A stretch of DNA of 48,713 bases from Candidatus Heimdallarchaeota archaeon (GTDB lineage: Archaea > Asgardarchaeota > Wukongarchaeia > Wukongarchaeales > JBHIFL01), in the NCBI GenBank assembly GCA_046761065.1, contig JBHIFL010000025.1, forward strand, positions 1-48,713. Reading direction: 5' to 3'. The position numbers were made by a program, and so were the translations under genes. Below are positions 1-9,277 of this stretch, piece by piece. The notes under the pieces were generated by a model. That model did no database searches. It worked only from the letters and a program-made list of their open reading frames with translations, and had not been told where the DNA came from. Position 1 is the first letter of the stretch. The number at the start of each line of letters is the position of its first letter.

Positions 1-183
1 GACAAAAAGCTCATAGGAGGCGAAATTCCCTCCAAGTTACTTTTCCGAGTACTGATAGCAAGTCGTCAACTTAAGATTTGAAAATTGTGCAAGTTAAACA
101 AGAACCATCAAGAAGGGAAAAAGTTAAATCAAATTCCACTCATGTTTAAATATAATAAAACTTAACAGGGTGAAGGGTGTTTC

Positions 184-1545
184 ATGCAAAGGCTGAAAAC
201 CCTGCTCTGCCTGATCTTACTGCTTGGGATCAGTAGTTTCCCTGGAACATCTAATCCTTGGGGGGAGGAACCCGCGTCTCAACGAACAGTCCTGTCAACG
301 CGCTTTGCGGCTCATCGAGTCAGGGCGATGCGTTCCGGTTTCGAGGATGTCAAACAATGGGCGCGTACCTATGGCGACGCGGATACCGATGAAACGGCCA
401 AATCAATCATTCAAACGACGGATGGAGGGTATGCTTTCGCCGGCACTAAGGGTGGTGCCACATGGTTGGTGAAGACCGACGCCCTCGGGAAGGTGCAGTG
501 GACCCACACCTATAACGCCAATTCTCCGTTCCAGGTGATCCAAACCACCGATGGAGGGTTTGCCCTTACTGGAATCCTGGGGGGAGGCCTTTCTCCCCGA
601 GCCGAGAGTAACGCGTTCCTGGTGAAGACCGATACTAATGGGGAGTTTGAGTGGAGGCGGATCTATGACTGGGGGGAGAAAGATTACGCAAATTCAGTAA
701 TTCAGACAACTGATGGCGGGTTTATCCTCGTAGGATCTACGATTTCTTTGGTGAACAGGTGTGGTTGGGAAAGCTGGCTAGGGAAAACCGATGCTAGTGG
801 GAATTTGGAGCGGATGCAGACCTATGGCGGCTTTGGTGACGATCACGATCATTTAAATGTGATCATCCCAACGGTAGACGGGGGATTTGCTCTGGCTGGG
901 AGTACATGGTCCTACGGGGCGCGATTTGATGATTTCTGGCTGGTGAAGACCGATGTTCATGGGGAGGTGGAGTGGAATCAGACCTATGGTGGCGCTTCGG
1001 GCGATGCGGCCGCCTCAGTTATTCAAATGCTAGACGGTGGGTATGTCCTCGCGGGATATACTTGGTCCTTCGGAGCGGGCGAATCGGATGCTTGGTTGGT
1101 GAAGACCGATGCCTGCGGAAAACCCCAGTGGAATCAGACCTATGGCGGGTCGGATCTTGAATATGCCTCAGGAATCCCGACGGCTGACGGAGGATTTGCC
1201 CTCACAGGCTTCACCGAATCCTACGGGGCAGGCAGGCGGGATGCTTGGCTGGTGAAGACCGATGCCCAGGGGGTGGGGCAGTGGAACCGGACGTATGGGG
1301 GCGCTCAGGGGGATTATGCCTACTCAGTCATTGAGACTGTGGATGGGGGGTTTGCCCTTGCTGGCCGCACCGCGTCCTATGGGGCGGGCGGCTATGACGC
1401 GTGGGTAGTGAAGACCGACGCCTGGGGGATTGCCCCAGAGCCGGAGATCCCGTTGCCTCGGTGGGTGGTGCTGGGCGTGGGTGGGAGTCTAGCTCTTCTC
1501 ATCACTGTAGTCATAGTTCTTTGGCGGAGGAATAAACGAAGATAA
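184..1545 (+). CDS. Secreted, membrane-anchored beta-propeller-type repeat protein
   Basis: N-terminal hydrophobic signal peptide, about 7-8 repeats of WxxTYGG..D.A.SVIQT.DGGF.LAG...DAWLVKTDA.G, and a C-terminal TM helix followed by a basic tail (WRRNKRR). Confidence 0.8.
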   Translation: MQRLKTLLCLILLLGISSFPGTSNPWGEEPASQRTVLSTRFAAHRVRAMRSGFEDVKQWARTYGDADTDETAKSIIQTTDGGYAFAGTKGGATWLVKTDALGKVQWTHTYNANSPFQVIQTTDGGFALTGILGGGLSPRAESNAFLVKTDTNGEFEWRRIYDWGEKDYANSVIQTTDGGFILVGSTISLVNRCGWESWLGKTDASGNLERMQTYGGFGDDHDHLNVIIPTVDGGFALAGSTWSYGARFDDFWLVKTDVHGEVEWNQTYGGASGDAAASVIQMLDGGYVLAGYTWSFGAGESDAWLVKTDACGKPQWNQTYGGSDLEYASGIPTADGGFALTGFTESYGAGRRDAWLVKTDAQGVGQWNRTYGGAQGDYAYSVIETVDGGFALAGRTASYGAGGYDAWVVKTDAWGIAPEPEIPLPRWVVLGVGGSLALLITVVIVLWRRNKRR

Positions 1546-1920
1546 CAAGCAACAAGGCATTTGGGTATAGCTGTGGTATTCGAGCTGATTTGGTGCAGAG
1601 AAGAATTAAAGGGTCTTTGTTCAAACCCTGCTCGCCGATTATTCGGAAAGAAAGGCAAGAAATGGCTTACAAGACAGAGACTGGAAAGAGCCCTCTTCCC
1701 AATGGGATTTGAGCAATGAAACTTGTGGGAGAAGGAATTCCACTTGAGAAAGAGTAACCACTTATTTCCCCTCTGAAATCCAGCAAAAGAAACCAGTTTT
1801 AAGAAAAACAAAAGCACGAAAATAGACAAGTTGTTTGTTAAAGAGTTACTAATCTCTTATATTTAGGAGCAAAGTTTATATATTCAGCGCTCAACATAAA
1901 AAGTGGGAGGATGATAAGGG

Positions 1921-3399
1921 GTGAAGAGAGAAATACGATTTTGTATTGGACAAAGTCTTGTGCTGATTTTTGTGTTAACTATCCTAACGGTGCCGGTAGA
2001 AGCCACTTTGCCCGTTTCGGGGAGAAGTGAGAACACCAAGGCGGCTGAGTGGGCTTCAGCACCGATAACAGCCTCCAAAGAGGCAAAGAGTGGCGGGTAT
2101 TCGACGTGGGTGGAACACCAGCGAGGCCCGACCTACATTCAGTACCGCAACATCACCCATCCATCCGAGAGGTATGCCGAGTTTGGGCACCACTTCACGT
2201 GGAACGGGACCACCTGGGCGCCCTACAGCGCTCACCAACTTGCCGCGACCCGGTATCAAGTGAATACCAGTCAGACAACTTACGAGCTAAGCCCGCAGGG
2301 GGTCCAGACGTTTACCAAGAACGGCACCCGGGTCATGAGCGATGCGACTTGGCGGATCTACCAGACAGACGCGGCTGAGGGGAATGAAACACTATTGCAG
2401 TTCGATGAGGTCACCGTGACCTGCCATAAGTCCGCCGACTCACTGCTGGTTAACCGCACCCACACCGGCGCGCCCGAAGCGGGCGTGCTCACCGAGCTGT
2501 ACACCTTTAGGGAGGGCATGAAGGTGACGGCCGATTATGCCGCTAGGAGCCCCGGCAGGTATCGCGTAGAGCTGCGGTTCGAGGGGGTGCCCCTAGGCAA
2601 TGACTCCCAGGAGGGCGTCTTTTCAGGTCTACTGGGGATCAATTGTGGGAATGGCCTGATCATCTCGTGGGGGGACGCAGCGGATGTTTTTGACAACGTG
2701 ACGATTGTCTCGGGGACGGAAGGCAAGCAGATCACCGTCGGCTTCCTCCCGCGGTTTTTAAGACTCGGACAGTGTCTCGTAATCGACCCCCAATGGGTAA
2801 CCACCACATCTGGGGGGCGGGATGGATATGTCAATGTACCCGACTATGAATGGTGGCCCTATTCCAACTACCTTGACGTTTCCAAGTTTGAGGAAGGCTA
2901 CATCACAAAAACATTGAATATTTGGCTGTCCTTCAATCTCAGTGATGGGTTGTTGGACGCCTCAGAAATTTATGCTGAGCACGTTCGACTCCGTGAAGTG
3001 TCAAAAAACGGGAACTTTGGAGCAGAGGATACCATCAATATGACTTATTATTACGATAACGTCCCTGCCGGTCCGGGCGGGCATCCGAAGCTTGATACTG
3101 CGTTTGAAATCGCAAACCCATACAATCAGGAACAGAATATTAGCCATATAACCCAGTGTACCCATGACCTCGACAATGCTCCCCAATATTTGTTCTGGCA
3201 TGTCCCAACAGATCAGCTGAACCAATGGACCAAGCCCGCAGATCAGTGGGCCAACTACTACCTCTATCCAGATGGGCTCCCCCCAAGAATGGGATTAAGT
3301 TTACACGCAGTAAGTAAGCGTACAGGCGATCTGTTACCTCCCATGCTAAATTATGAAAGTGTGGGGAAAGTTCTTGCTTTGAGGTCCAAAATCTTTTGA
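1921..3399 (+). CDS. Secreted/surface protein of unknown function, probably 3'-truncated near 3280
   Basis: Signal peptide and GC-rich, beta-rich sequence. The last ~40 codons run into the antisense of the neighbouring gene, where composition changes. Confidence 0.55.
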   Translation: MKREIRFCIGQSLVLIFVLTILTVPVEATLPVSGRSENTKAAEWASAPITASKEAKSGGYSTWVEHQRGPTYIQYRNITHPSERYAEFGHHFTWNGTTWAPYSAHQLAATRYQVNTSQTTYELSPQGVQTFTKNGTRVMSDATWRIYQTDAAEGNETLLQFDEVTVTCHKSADSLLVNRTHTGAPEAGVLTELYTFREGMKVTADYAARSPGRYRVELRFEGVPLGNDSQEGVFSGLLGINCGNGLIISWGDAADVFDNVTIVSGTEGKQITVGFLPRFLRLGQCLVIDPQWVTTTSGGRDGYVNVPDYEWWPYSNYLDVSKFEEGYITKTLNIWLSFNLSDGLLDASEIYAEHVRLREVSKNGNFGAEDTINMTYYYDNVPAGPGGHPKLDTAFEIANPYNQEQNISHITQCTHDLDNAPQYLFWHVPTDQLNQWTKPADQWANYYLYPDGLPPRMGLSLHAVSKRTGDLLPPMLNYESVGKVLALRSKIF

Positions 3400-4174
3400 T
3401 TTGTAACAGACGTTGATTCTCCCATTGCGTTACATGGTCGTCGAGTTGTTTTTGTGTCCAATACTTCGGAAGGTGCTCAAAATCTACCACGTCAGGGATT
3501 AGATTCTGCTTCATACGCGCTAACGCTGCCAAATAACGAAGCAGTTGAGTCCAGGTCCACTGTTTCGGAAAATCAGAGTAATCAAGAAGGTCAGTCAGGG
3601 CGAGGACATCAGCACTGTAGGTTGGAGTATATGTTAAGTCGAGGCGGGCCGCAAACAGTGCAATGCTATGCACGTCAAGGGTCGCTGCAAGCCGGTCAGG
3701 CGGAATACTGAAGGCAAGAACTTTACCCTGATACTGGTGGGCCTCGAACCCAAAGAAGCCTTTGAACCCCAGAACCGCAAAGCCATTGATTCGTTCCATG
3801 TTTTGGAGTGTATCCCAAATATTGATGCCTAAGCCACCCGGAACGTCTAACCAGTGGTGGAAGTGACTATAATGATTATATGGATTAATGATGGGAATAA
3901 GATGAGGAATGATCTCAAGCTGATTTAACTTACGAGGAGATTCATTGGTAAGGCGGATACATTGGTTAAACGCTTTTAAAGGATACGGATTATTATTTTC
4001 GAGATCAAACAAGACGAATAGACACCTCTCACAAGCCAGTGCAAGTTGATAGGTGCAGATATCCTCTCCAATAAAGTGATAGATACAGTGTTCACTACAC
4101 CCATGACAGATCTGCTTGTATGGACAGGAATCGCACTTATTAGGACACTTGCGGTTGCAGATGCGCCCAATCAT
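3140..4174 (-). CDS. Cys-rich N-terminal domain protein, probably 3'-truncated
   Basis: N-terminal CNRKCPNKCDSCPYKQICHGCSEHC cluster; co-oriented just downstream of the primase gene; 260 bp convergent overlap with 1921..3399. Confidence 0.55.
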   Translation of the reverse strand: MIGRICNRKCPNKCDSCPYKQICHGCSEHCIYHFIGEDICTYQLALACERCLFVLFDLENNNPYPLKAFNQCIRLTNESPRKLNQLEIIPHLIPIINPYNHYSHFHHWLDVPGGLGINIWDTLQNMERINGFAVLGFKGFFGFEAHQYQGKVLAFSIPPDRLAATLDVHSIALFAARLDLTYTPTYSADVLALTDLLDYSDFPKQWTWTQLLRYLAALARMKQNLIPDVVDFEHLPKYWTQKQLDDHVTQWENQRLLQIKRFWTSKQELSPHFHNLAWEVTDRLYAYLLRVNLIPFLGGAHLDRGSSWPTDLRAWSIGSADLLGHARTNIGEHCRGHGYTGLYG

Positions 4175-4222
4175 GTTGGAACCCTTCTGGTTTGTTGATA
4201 AGAAAGTAATCAGTTGGGATCA

Positions 4223-5176
4223 TCACTCTCTCGCCAGCTCCCCCAACTTGGTGTTAAGGAATACCTCATCCGCCTCTGACCGCTCAATATCGGTGCTAGA
4301 AGCGTTAGCGAGAGCATAATTGCCTAGGATGAGGAGATAGGCAACCGCTTTTGGAAGGACTAAGTGTTGCCCTGGACAAAACGCCCCATAGGTCTGCCCG
4401 ACAAAGCAAAATGGAGGGACAAGAGTATTGATCTGAATCGGGACAGGATCATTGGGAAAAACGATCGACCGACAAAGATGAAATCGCAATAACGCCTTCT
4501 CATCAGGAAGTAAGACAGTTTTTAGTCCGGTACGTCCGTGCAAAGAATTCGGGATTCGTATGATCCGGTGAGTGTCGCTGGTAATATTAACATCAATCGA
4601 AAAACCATCCCGGAGAGCGGTATAGGCGATCCGGGTACGTACTCGTTTTTCTTGCGCTTCCCTGTTACGAATATCCACACACTTTACATGATTCACCACA
4701 TCGAAGTCGTTCACATAGAGATGAAAGCCCCGATGCCCACTAAACACAAATGAGAAGTCTCGATAACCATATGTTACATAAAGCCAGTCTTTCAGCAGGA
4801 GAATTTCCCGTTTGGCACGTTCAAGCTCTACTTGAGAAGGTAGAGCATATTTAGAAATTGTGTCAAAATCAAAGACCAGTGGTCCACCAAGACAAGGTAC
4901 TCCATTTGTCAGATGGCGCAGTTCTTTCGGGAAGAGAAATTGCAAAACTGTGGTATACAAATCCCGCGGTGGCTCGTTCCAGTGGACGAGTACTCGATGG
5001 AACGATGCCGCATTCACGATATCACGGCGAATCCCCTTCCAAATTCCTGTCATGGTTCGCAAACGGATGTGCCGAAATTTAAAGCCGCCCACAGGCATTA
5101 GAGTTGCAGAAGCATAGTAAGCTTTGAAATCTGAGAGGATAAACCCGAGACTTTGGTAGGGGGAAATTTTAGCCAA
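4223..5176 (-). CDS. Archaeo-eukaryotic primase small subunit (PriS-like paralog)
   Basis: AEP motifs LVFDFD, FSGHRGFHLYV and D..ITSDTHRIIRIPNSLHGRTG, plus a PriS-type C-terminal extension (TYGAF.PG..LVLP..VA.LLI..NYA). Confidence 0.85.
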   Translation of the reverse strand: MAKISPYQSLGFILSDFKAYYASATLMPVGGFKFRHIRLRTMTGIWKGIRRDIVNAASFHRVLVHWNEPPRDLYTTVLQFLFPKELRHLTNGVPCLGGPLVFDFDTISKYALPSQVELERAKREILLLKDWLYVTYGYRDFSFVFSGHRGFHLYVNDFDVVNHVKCVDIRNREAQEKRVRTRIAYTALRDGFSIDVNITSDTHRIIRIPNSLHGRTGLKTVLLPDEKALLRFHLCRSIVFPNDPVPIQINTLVPPFCFVGQTYGAFCPGQHLVLPKAVAYLLILGNYALANASSTDIERSEADEVFLNTKLGELARE

Positions 5177-5244
5177 TTAATGTCTCCTGTGTGTTGCTTA
5201 TTGTCTTAACAAGCATTGGATATAAGAGCCCACAATCCAACTAT

Positions 5245-5532
5245 CTAGCGAAACCCAAGCAAATCTAGCATATAACGCTCAAAGATGGCATTTTGGTTAA
5301 TTTCCATGAAAATATTGAAGGCATCTCGGATACTTTCAACCTGCCACTTCTCCAGCTTTTCCATATCTTTTGCAACCAATCCCTTCAAACTTTCGCGCCA
5401 CAGTTGGGAAGCGAGCGTCAGAACAGTGGCAAAATCGAGAGAAAGCTTATGGAGGCCTGGGGGACTCGAATGGTAGATGAAAATATGGAGCCCGTTGCCT
5501 TTCTATGTAGTTAAAATTTTGATATTAGCCAT
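5245..5532 (-). pseudogene. Small hypothetical gene with an in-frame TAG
   Basis: My translation gives MANIKILTT*KGNGLHIF...MLDLLGFR*, 96 codons with one TAG at 5503-5505; co-oriented upstream of the primase. Confidence 0.4.
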
Positions 5533-5600
5533 CATTAGCACCTTAAAATGGCACATGAGTATGTTGTGCTGGAAGTAAATAAAGTCCTAGAAGTCCATGG

Positions 5601-6785
5601 GTGATAGAACGTTCATTAATAAAAGTCCTTTCCAACACCAAAAGAAATTTACAAGAGACTAGAAAGTTAATGAGACTGTTGTTCGATGTCAGGGAGAATG
5701 GAGGTTCTATATTGAATACAAATCAAATAAATAGAACAGATTCAATTGCAGTTTTTTGGGATGTGGAGAATTGTGCTCCTCCACGAAGAACGAAAGGTCC
5801 GGATATTATAGAGAATATTCGATTAGCGCTTAAAGATTTTGGTGTCATTCGTCAGATTAATGCGTACGCTGAGCTCTGACTCATCCCTAAAAGCCTTCGT
5901 ATAGAGCTTCAACGATCCGGCGTACACCTGATTGATGTACCATTGCAGGAAAAAGATTCAGCAGACAAAATGATCATTTCCGATCTGATCATGTTTGCAG
6001 TTGACAATCCACCCCCCAAAACGTTAGCTTTGATCTCAGGAGACCGGGACTATGCATATTCTCTAGCCAAACTCCGTCAGAGGGGATATGAAGTCATATT
6101 GTTGATCCCACTCGTTGGAGCACACCCGACTCTCCTAGCCCAAGCGGATCGCATCATTGATTGGCATGATCTCGCCAAAGGAGAGCAATTCGAAGATTCT
6201 ACAATTGGAGAACCTTTAACTACAATCCAATTTGAACCCCTTGTAGCCACCTTGCAACATTTAAGAGACTTGGGAAAGACGAAACCCCTTTTTTCGCACG
6301 TTGGAGAATATTTAGCCCGTAAATATCCTGCTCGATGGAAAAAAGTAGGTGTCACCCGTCTGAAGGATTATGTGGAAGAGGCTGCAAAAGCAGGCTTGGT
6401 TTCCTAGGGAGGAGATCACCCAGGTTACTGGGTCACTTTAGTACCTCCTGAAGTAGATGCGAAAAAGCCTCAAGATTTAAGTCTAACTGACGACTCGCGT
6501 TTTGAACCGCTCTTTGAGATCCTTGAGAAAGCACAGAAATTAGGAATTGACGAACCTGAAATGGCCTGGATTGGTTATCAATTACGATCTATGATGCCTG
6601 CATGGCGGGAACAGCTGAGATGCAAACGTTTAATGGACTATATCATAGAGGCGGAAGACGCCAAGTTAATTGGGGTTCGACATGAAGGTCTCCAACATTA
6701 TATCTGGTTGAAGTCACCCAATGCACAAGGAACTAGAATGAGCTTGGAAAAAGATACAAAAATAAATCGAAAGATAAAGGACTGA
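5601..6785 (+). pseudogene. NYN-domain RNase with two C-terminal LOTUS/OST-HTH-like repeats, interrupted by two in-frame stops
   Basis: ORFs 5601..5879, 5943..6407 and 6561..6785 share one frame. NYN motifs VFWDVENC, KDSADK and LISGDRDY are present. Stops are TGA 5877-5879 and TAG 6405-6407. Two repeats begin FEPL and contain RL.DY..EA..A.L. Confidence 0.85.
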
Positions 6786-6830
6786 TTAATACAAAAAAAA
6801 TTGGCCGAAATGGACTCAAGTAAAAAAAAT

Positions 6831-7140
6831 CTAAGGACACCTATCGCGGTAGGTACAATTAGTACATTTCCACAGCTCATCTGTCGTCGCAGGTCTTGAT
6901 TCCTGTTCCCCAAACCAATACGCGGCTGCAATAAGTAAGTCATCTAAGAGTTCTGTTTCATCAAATTTAAACCAATCTTCATTGATGAGTCGTCCATCCG
7001 ATGCGTGAATGTATCTAATGCATAAATGCTTGGAAAGAGGGAACAGTTTTCGAACGCTCACAAAACTGCGGCGACAGAATTCCCCTAATGGTACCTCTTT
7101 TTAGACATAGTATGTTCTTCCACGTGATTCACTGGCAGAT
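6831..7140 (-). pseudogene. C-terminal fragment of an exonuclease V (Exo5)/Cas4-like Fe-S nuclease
   Basis: Ends YWFGEQE...ELWKCTNCTYRDRCP, matching the Exo5-type W.G.R...WKCxxCxxxxxC tail. In-frame TAA at 7101-7103; the N-terminal nuclease core is not visible. Confidence 0.6.
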
Positions 7141-7143
7141 GAC

Positions 7144-7713
7144 TCAGGATTCGGCGATTTGCCAAGGGTTCTCTTCCCTCATTATGGTAATTGTTTTGCG
7201 TATCATTGTGATCAACTGTTCACAGGCTTCCAGTGTATCGATCTGCACTGGAGTCGGGTGATACAAGGTCATGGTGAGACTGTAGGGGTTGTCATCAAAG
7301 CCTTCTTGGACCTCTTCATACCCAATGGTTTTCAATCGTTCAATCATTTCCCAGAATTTGCTGATTTTTCGGTAAGTTGGCTTCTGTCGCCGTGTACGGG
7401 GTCCAACCCACTGGTGTGCATAGGCAAACTTAGATTTTTTCGTCCAACCCAGGCCAAAGGAGATGTGAAAGCCATCAGCGCCGATAGAAAAGTCAAAGTG
7501 CCCCCACCTACCTATTCGACCACTAACCCTAAAGTTATCAGACCTCGTATAGTCGTCTTGGAGGATTTTGACATCGATGTTTTCAGGTTCAAATGCGATT
7601 TTGAGTATTTCAACAAATTGTTTTACAGTTTCGGGAGCTTTATTCCCCATGAATATTACCCTCATATCAAGTATTTTTCGGAGAAGGGGACACATGTATC
7701 GATCACTCATCAA
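7144..7713 (-). CDS. Hypothetical protein
   Basis: 189 aa ORF with protein-like composition; no recognisable motif. Confidence 0.55.
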   Translation of the reverse strand: MMSDRYMCPLLRKILDMRVIFMGNKAPETVKQFVEILKIAFEPENIDVKILQDDYTRSDNFRVSGRIGRWGHFDFSIGADGFHISFGLGWTKKSKFAYAHQWVGPRTRRQKPTYRKISKFWEMIERLKTIGYEEVQEGFDDNPYSLTMTLYHPTPVQIDTLEACEQLITMIRKTITIMREENPWQIAES

Positions 7714-7854
7714 TCTAAATAAGTGTTTTACATATAAAATCTCAATTTATTGGTTTAAGTGTCAATAACTCGCTACCCTCATTGCAATCCACAAACTTTG
7801 GAAAGAATGAATCTATTTTTAATGAAAACAATCTAGAATTAATAATCCCTTTAG

Positions 7855-9069
7855 ATGAATGTCTACTCGGAGTTTTCTTCGATGAACGAAGTGAATTTTG
7901 ACAAACACGTAGATCTTGATCAATTGTTCCGATTATCTGGTCTCAAGTGGGGCCGAGATTGCGAACGCGACATGATCTCCTTTGGTACTGCTGATTCAGA
8001 TTTTCCCATGCCTCATGCTGTAAAACAAGCTATAATTGAGGCCTTAGATGAAGAAATCGCTTTTTATAGCGAACCTGCGGGTTATGAAGAGATTCGGTCA
8101 TTAATACATGAAAAAGTGCAAAAGAACAATAAGATTGATCTTGAGTCGCCTGAAGAGGTATTTATTATCCCAGGAACCATGATGGGACTTTATCTCTCTT
8201 GTCAATATGCTCTCAAGGAACCGGGGGACAAAGCAATTCTACTTGATCCGATATACCCACCCTTTGCAGAGGAAGTGGAACTCGCTAAAGGTAAAATTGT
8301 CTGGAATCCGGTTAAAATCAATGAGGAATTCCGCCCTGACATTGAAGATATGAAAGAAAAGATTACCCCAAACACTAAGTTGTTGATGCTATGTAATCCG
8401 TTAAATCCCTGTGGGACCGTTTTCACCAAATCGGAACTGAAGGCAATTGCGGACTTGGCTACAGATCATGACTTCCTTATCGTTTCAGATGAACTATATG
8501 AAACGCTACTTTTCGATGGGCGGAAGCACATCTCTATTGCCTCTCTTGGAGAGGCACGGGATCACACGATTTCTATTTTTGGCTTTAGTAAAGGTCATGG
8601 GATGGCAGGTTTACGCTGCGGCTATCTAACGGCACCAGCAGAAATTGTCAAGGATATGATTGAGGTTTCTGGGCTGATCATCATACACACGCCAACTCTT
8701 TCCCAAATAGCTGTAAAGGCGGCGATTATCAGTAACGCAATTGATACTTGGGCTAAACAATTTTGTGTCCATATTCAACGGATGCGAGATCTTGCCTGGG
8801 AGCACCTAAACACAATAGATGGCGTTCACTGCCACAAACCCGAAGGCACTCTTTTTGTCTTTCCGTATTTTGATGTAAGGTTAACTAGTGATAAGTTCTG
8901 CGAGTATTTGAAAACAAAAGGTCGCGTAATAGTTACATCTGGCAGACATTTTGGGCCTCATGGAGAAGGTTTTCAGCGCATGACACTGGCTACCTCAGCG
9001 GATCTGCTCAAAGAAGGATTGAGGCGAATCGAATCCACAGTGAGAGAACTTCGTTCTCAAGACCATTAG
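7855..9069 (+). CDS. PLP-dependent class I/II aminotransferase (MalY/AspC-like)
   Basis: ADSDF, LCNPLNPCG, SDELY and FSKGHGMAGLRCG (PLP lysine) motifs. Confidence 0.92.
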   Translation: MNVYSEFSSMNEVNFDKHVDLDQLFRLSGLKWGRDCERDMISFGTADSDFPMPHAVKQAIIEALDEEIAFYSEPAGYEEIRSLIHEKVQKNNKIDLESPEEVFIIPGTMMGLYLSCQYALKEPGDKAILLDPIYPPFAEEVELAKGKIVWNPVKINEEFRPDIEDMKEKITPNTKLLMLCNPLNPCGTVFTKSELKAIADLATDHDFLIVSDELYETLLFDGRKHISIASLGEARDHTISIFGFSKGHGMAGLRCGYLTAPAEIVKDMIEVSGLIIIHTPTLSQIAVKAAIISNAIDTWAKQFCVHIQRMRDLAWEHLNTIDGVHCHKPEGTLFVFPYFDVRLTSDKFCEYLKTKGRVIVTSGRHFGPHGEGFQRMTLATSADLLKEGLRRIESTVRELRSQDH

Positions 9070-9277
9070 GTAGTTTTCATAATAAAGGATAAAAGAAATT
9101 GAAGACTGATTTGTAGCAATTGATTTAAGATAAAACGAAACTGAAGAAGAGCTTATTAGCTGTGTACTCATAAATTTGATTTCTAGTTATGAAAAACATT
9201 CGATAAGCATCAAGTTATCTTCTGAATGTGTTATTACGGAAGAGTAAGATCTCCTAAACGTATGGTGGCCGGAATAA

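Noticed and set aside
330-1420. Nucleotide repeats such as ctggtgaagaccgat
   Set aside because: Explained by the protein's propeller repeats; not an array or a DGR template/variable pair.
5245-7140. Stop-codon recoding (Sec/Pyl or an alternative code) to explain the in-frame stops
   Set aside because: All three stop types occur (TAG, TGA, TAA), and normal genes in the window end with each of them. Pseudogenisation is simpler.
7159-7722. 187 aa plus-strand ORF and other antisense ORFs in the track
   Set aside because: Shadow ORFs of better-supported genes on the opposite strand.
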